Source: Naegleria gruberi (lineage: Eukaryota). Taken from it: a stretch of DNA of 64,000 bases. The DNA lies in the NCBI GenBank assembly GCA_000004985.1, contig GG738900.1. One strand, 5' to 3'. Below the pieces are notes generated by a model. The model saw only the letters and a list, made by a program, of their open reading frames with translations. It made no database searches and was not told where the DNA came from. Positions 63,301-64,000 of the stretch are shown here, piece after piece. The translations under genes were made by a program, and so were the position numbers. Each line of letters begins with the position of its first letter. Position 1 is the first letter of the stretch.

Positions 63301-64000
63301 ATTTCCAAAGTAACCTTCATCACATTCACATTTTTCATAGCTTGTACATTTACCGTGCGTTGAACAAACAGATGAATTCAAATGTTCAATTCCATTACAA
63401 TTAAAGTATTCACAATTATCACCATAATATCCTTCATCGCATGCACAAGAATCAAAATCTGCACATTGTCCCTTTCCAGAGCATACATTGGTATCGTTGG
63501 AAAGAACTCCATGGCAAGAGGTTACATCACATGCAAGGTCCATATAATTTTCTCTACATTTACAATCACCAAAGTTTGTACAATTACCTCTACCTGAACA
63601 TACAAGAGGTTCTCCCTCAGTAATATTGAAGCAGCTATAATGTTCGCAAATATCACCAAAGTAGCCATATTTACAAACGCAAGTGTTGTAATCAATACAC
63701 TTTCCTTTTCCAGAACATACATAAGGGTTATTTGAGTTGACAGTACCACATGTTGTCAATTCACATGTATCACCAAAGTAGTTGTCTCTGCATGAACAAT
63801 TGTTGAAGGAGGAACATTCACCTCTTGATGAACAAACGGATGAATTGGTACTGTTAATGCCACCACAAGTGAAGAATTGGCATTCACCTCCAAAGTACCC
63901 ATTTTCGCAATCACAAACATCATAATCTACACAAATACCCTTGCTATAACAAACGCTTGAGTTTGTGTTAAGAACACCAAAACATTGTACCAATTCACAC
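54310..64000 (-). CDS. Giant single-pass surface protein (>3227 aa, 5'-partial): tenascin-type EGF-like repeat array, beta-rich ectodomain, TM helix, repetitive acidic cytoplasmic tail
   Basis: One uninterrupted minus-strand ORF from the window edge to TAA at 54310-12. Its N-terminus and start lie beyond nt 64000. At least 22 tandem ~31–33-aa Cys repeats (CxxxGxCxxxxxCxCxxGYxGxxCExxxC, many with NxS/T sequons) span about 61745–64000. About 1000 aa of beta-rich, Cys-poor ectodomain follow. The TM segment YVAALGAAAVIICGFSLTCLISCIILC, followed by RNRRRFAGFCCCCCC, sits near 58560–58660. The ~1400-aa tail carries repeated units such as …EEVDEGEDVY(I/V)VVESQE… and TEEKEVVNHSRAPEFAQTKSPRVLQSNKAQTIRGDLF. 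Confidence 0.85.
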   Translation of the reverse strand, partial: CELVQCFGVLNTNSSVCYSKGICVDYDVCDCENGYFGGECQFFTCGGINSTNSSVCSSRGECSSFNNCSCRDNYFGDTCELTTCGTVNSNNPYVCSGKGKCIDYNTCVCKYGYFGDICEHYSCFNITEGEPLVCSGRGNCTNFGDCKCRENYMDLACDVTSCHGVLSNDTNVCSGKGQCADFDSCACDEGYYGDNCEYFNCNGIEHLNSSVCSTHGKCTSYEKCECDEGYFGNDCQFFTCNSVNHTESTVCSSRGECSSYNNCSCRDNYFGSTCELTTCGSVQSNNSKVCTSRGNCSDFNICECKSDFYGPVCEFYDCNGIEHLNSSVCSTYGKCTIPEVCICKEGYFGNDCQYFTCNGVNHTETTVCSSRGECSSFNNCSCRDNYFGDTCELTTCGSVQSNDSTVCTSRGNCSDFNICECKSDFYGPVCEFYDCNGIEHLNSSVCSTHGKCTSYEKCECDEGYFGNDCQFFTCNYVNHTESNSCSARGECSSYNNCTCFTNYWGVDCQLTSCGNVQSNETTVCSSRGQCIDFNNCSCDEGYYGPTCEFYTCNNVEHLNNSVCSGRGKCSEYSNCTCDTGYYGVNCEFYTCLEGNNTDPSVCSGRGVCASYNNCSCRPHYFGNDCALTTCGNVRSNNNSVCSRRGQCIDYNNCSCVDTYYGSTCQEYDCFGVSRNVKSVCSGKGKCVDIDTCNCKTGYNGTNCEIMIMYGTCKKEINCTNHGECLISGACECYTDYSQGFWTGFTCNKCDQDYYGELCATKVVGPAVFSSDFRGLIFNLYVPDSYTKIDIPCSYLLSETDINRNLFGTLSNLKCQFIDRTNNLFIISFGSMDYTLQPEIDTININTLVIDRINHVTQQNYYVQIDVAMPSNIWPTAVISTLDEFYSSCDDITIDGSMSHSEDGKSLHYYWNLLDSTTYQVFYSNFANSPFIKLQNSSLLPGSYLVSLQVESTFARKNSSIVYSNVFTKASKPIPSIYVPITHQEKDASQFPVYFKKTVSESSCKSQKSAVKWEQLTGPIIDYQVDTFGNLYIPSISTFGYQTYTFLVTAFYPSYPQLNTTSIVTLITKPIDMVLSIIQREARKNYTIIDVEYSDPESTYHTGITEQWTWTCLENSNQTLLEFLFNISKDRSTEFTIESKIFNETVPSYITLTLTIEKSDGRSISATTVVYFVNVPPIVNIVDVEPKTYVIQGQTVTIQTYTSSDPSLTRTNLTINSKNKGIVDSSTINIDTSEFEEGTNNTVVITAYDPNTGASTSTTYTFEVATSPKPCLCTINPPEGIAQQTDFQFYCTNCKDDANHIDYVYGFIDDRSGAKLPLYSLGEVYSSKLPAPFTGSILTCYFEVINTLTGASTTTYTNITIDKPFVQQVEEVQTTIIAWADAGQSYILEGEYSKSIYQSSSSSRTGSVMLEETISDTIQHSSSSSSLECINGVDIAGSCKCKDEWIGQYCDIEVKDFNNIQLSKIHALDDMNNIANATGTVSVEYLSLLSFAVDSMLLNYPYLTSVTVDRSLYTLNTFLTFSLSDPSLKLTSGMNIMLDGCIRSAYYYVVDKQYLIDQKVNSRRLLLTLKMTSYLMARGMSAGRLKKGYQGPFFHVVIGKSTLNDYPTYVQEPITQTSIDVLSGFFEFEVSKLSYLVKKPFIYVLCVSEDIYSLNSQLKQSKKITSASSFSNANTLANLISPIVSVEFIDVATPINENDIIYTIPLNFSKVETEIIHDVLDFTTVSETYTCGDFEDGSSLIRTECSLVAPISRNDTFAKCRCKQFTNVFVLQTSTVIYYSYTYVAALGAAAVIICGFSLTCLISCIILCRNRRRFAGFCCCCCCVHKEEVVVGGSTESDISYDEEEEMKIQQIAIKTQAAEEYNEETEVEMEVMNKQGLKVEEPFVAYRPLKKTGRSMRKVQIVPGDAKLVQQTTGGKNKVLPLLGGTLVDLNENQYEETEEKEEKEVNVKNSNGSIWDLKDDEETFEEKKNKMTMQSINPYAKQNYTEETEVQPNVVQSFTPRLSKKSNIIQGERDVSMQHSVTEDEDESLVEETDDLRRSSNSVKLVKEGLVNEFAYANGRVKDEHEEESSVELVDEKDFVQRGTKPKPAKLSSLNPFSMGSTEDECEEMEESSIFRKTEQNEEKTMDDLLFNKPIKVSSQILKDKNTEEKEVVNHRAPEFAPTQVKIPRTSTETKSQTMRGDVFSETNQTEEKEVVNHSRAPEFAQTKSPRVLQSNKAQTIRGDLFGEKSVTTVDENANLITGSDVSSKPIGKVPEKKHISSANTETLKGELYANSKEEKEVVNHSRALEVAQPKSPRVLPSNKSQTMRGDVFSETKQTEEKEVVNHSKTPEFVQPRVLQSNKAQTLRGELFSEKEKKQVVETTPEEVKPSKPRSYVAPKSQTVQGQVYIDEEEEEEKSLQNVVLNNKSAPRVTSNQSSSRPQSHGSPRLPTRRTRVQSASKETRDVELNSTTSSRPSSVNSQTVRGQVYTEEEKIVKASPLNVVQEEENKKMLQSLYGDMFAANKFEESVVNKKFTSEETRPQVSNKSAASEEVDEDVYIVAESEQAKKYAPPVQEDIMQNKPIKVSSKYIGDSSENSVVNRSKPPLSFDEEPTQPAVRSSPLSHRESIMATATESKDEGEDVFVVVESEEKKMKPVSKPKESKQKIPTSNLSGMQAQSMQQNVTNSVEEDEGEDVFVVVESEEKSKKRSNKKSKNGKSSTKSSQEKSVVNRSKPPVSLDEEQVHQSNSTSGSRKLQKSSNQQSSELNMAAQKTSTQQSGASEEVDEGEDVYIVVESQEASSKRKPEKSKSSKSSKTLPNSSSNNESSFEENTVVNRSKPPMSFEEEKNEDMMLQTLSSGMFERNVGSVVNKKEEVDEGEDVYVVVESEAKEKRKKSSAWQALKDMKKNKMSMRDAANALITKEGRSSDYTQEDQLSTYQSTNSMISSRSAASINMTSNMVAQKTSTQQSGASEEVDEGEDVYIVVESQEASSKRKPEKSKSTRFSSQEKTVVNSSKSIEASESGKMVSQSSSQQVVSSSNGQQVAQEDDEAEDVYVVVEETGVEKKRMPFGWQALKGMKSKTSMREAVKGAFGSKQSSSTITTTENSNSSAVSGQTVITSSQQAISSSNIVTKQTSSSTVTNHSSSSSSTVVTGSTQHVVSSNISTQQVAQDDDEAEDVYVVVEEVQNTRAAIPRLDTKKSFFTRNKKTDPEQNNETEGNDLQSVGELQSIKSSFFGKPSFLKRK
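54313..58540. repeat. Coding tandem/interspersed repeats in the tail of the giant gene
   Basis: A ~117-nt block at 55051–55168 is ≥97% identical to 55625–55741. A core ttcttcaactacaacataaacatcttctgcttcatcatc occurs at 54489, 54870, 55390 and 56110. A ~90-nt unit, aactcttggactctttg…ctactatgattaacaacttccttttcttcagtttg, recurs at ~57040, ~57100, ~57360 and ~57480. Confidence 0.8.
61745..64000. repeat. Tandem array of ~96-nt coding repeats (EGF-like modules), with several near-identical DNA copies
   Basis: For example, 62640–62760 and 62995–63110 are nearly identical. The string gaacattcacctcttgatgaacaaac recurs several times. Confidence 0.8.

Noticed and set aside
1-64000. Prokaryote-style features: CRISPR arrays, operons, defence islands, RBS-led starts, rho-independent terminators
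   Set aside because: The window has spliceosomal introns, eukaryotic tRNAs, low-complexity homopolymeric proteins and eukaryote-specific families (RAE1, AMSH, ALKBH6, AK7). No direct-repeat/spacer arrays or co-directional tightly overlapping gene cassettes are present.

Overview
This window is not prokaryotic. It is a gene-dense stretch of a eukaryotic nuclear genome, AT-rich at roughly 65% A+T, with about 30 protein-coding genes in 64 kb (one per ~2 kb) and two tRNA genes. Genes sit on both strands; stop codons of convergent pairs lie only 2–11 nt apart, and promoters of divergent pairs span about 100–140 nt. Spliceosomal introns are present and mostly very short, 42–64 nt, with a few of 90–163 nt. 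Donors are GTAAGT, GTATGT or GTAGGT and acceptors end in AG or YAG. Reconstructing splice sites by frame and by conserved-motif continuity yields multi-exon models for several genes and reveals two microexons of 10 and 11 nt. The ORF track often begins at TTG or GTG 'starts', or misses first exons, so several listed ORFs are internal exons. Recognisable products include ALKBH6, an AK7-type adenylate kinase with a Dpy-30 tail, an AMSH/STAMBP deubiquitinase, a RAE1/Gle2-like WD40 protein, an OSCA/TMEM63 channel, a DNase I homologue, an EF-hand NDH-2, a RluA-family pseudouridine synthase, MRPL46 and a bL36-like mitoribosomal protein, a UDP-glucuronate 4-epimerase fused to a GT77-like domain, and a NEK-like kinase fused to F-box-like and GNAT domains. 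There are also two SPRY proteins, an HMG-box protein, a 2639-aa coiled-coil protein, and a giant (>3200 aa, 5'-truncated) surface protein with tenascin-type EGF arrays, one TM helix and a repetitive acidic tail. Many proteins carry N-, Q-, S- and T-rich tracts. Lineage cannot be assigned from sequence alone. Codon usage (AGA, GGT, CCA, GAA, TTG), the low-complexity tracts and the EGF arrays recall amoebozoan or amoeboflagellate protists, and AK7 with Dpy-30 hints at a flagellated stage. There are no CRISPR arrays, operons or defence-island-like systems. The most unusual items are the tri-domain kinase–F-box–GNAT gene, the epimerase–GT77 fusion, the two microexons, and the two giant repeat proteins.
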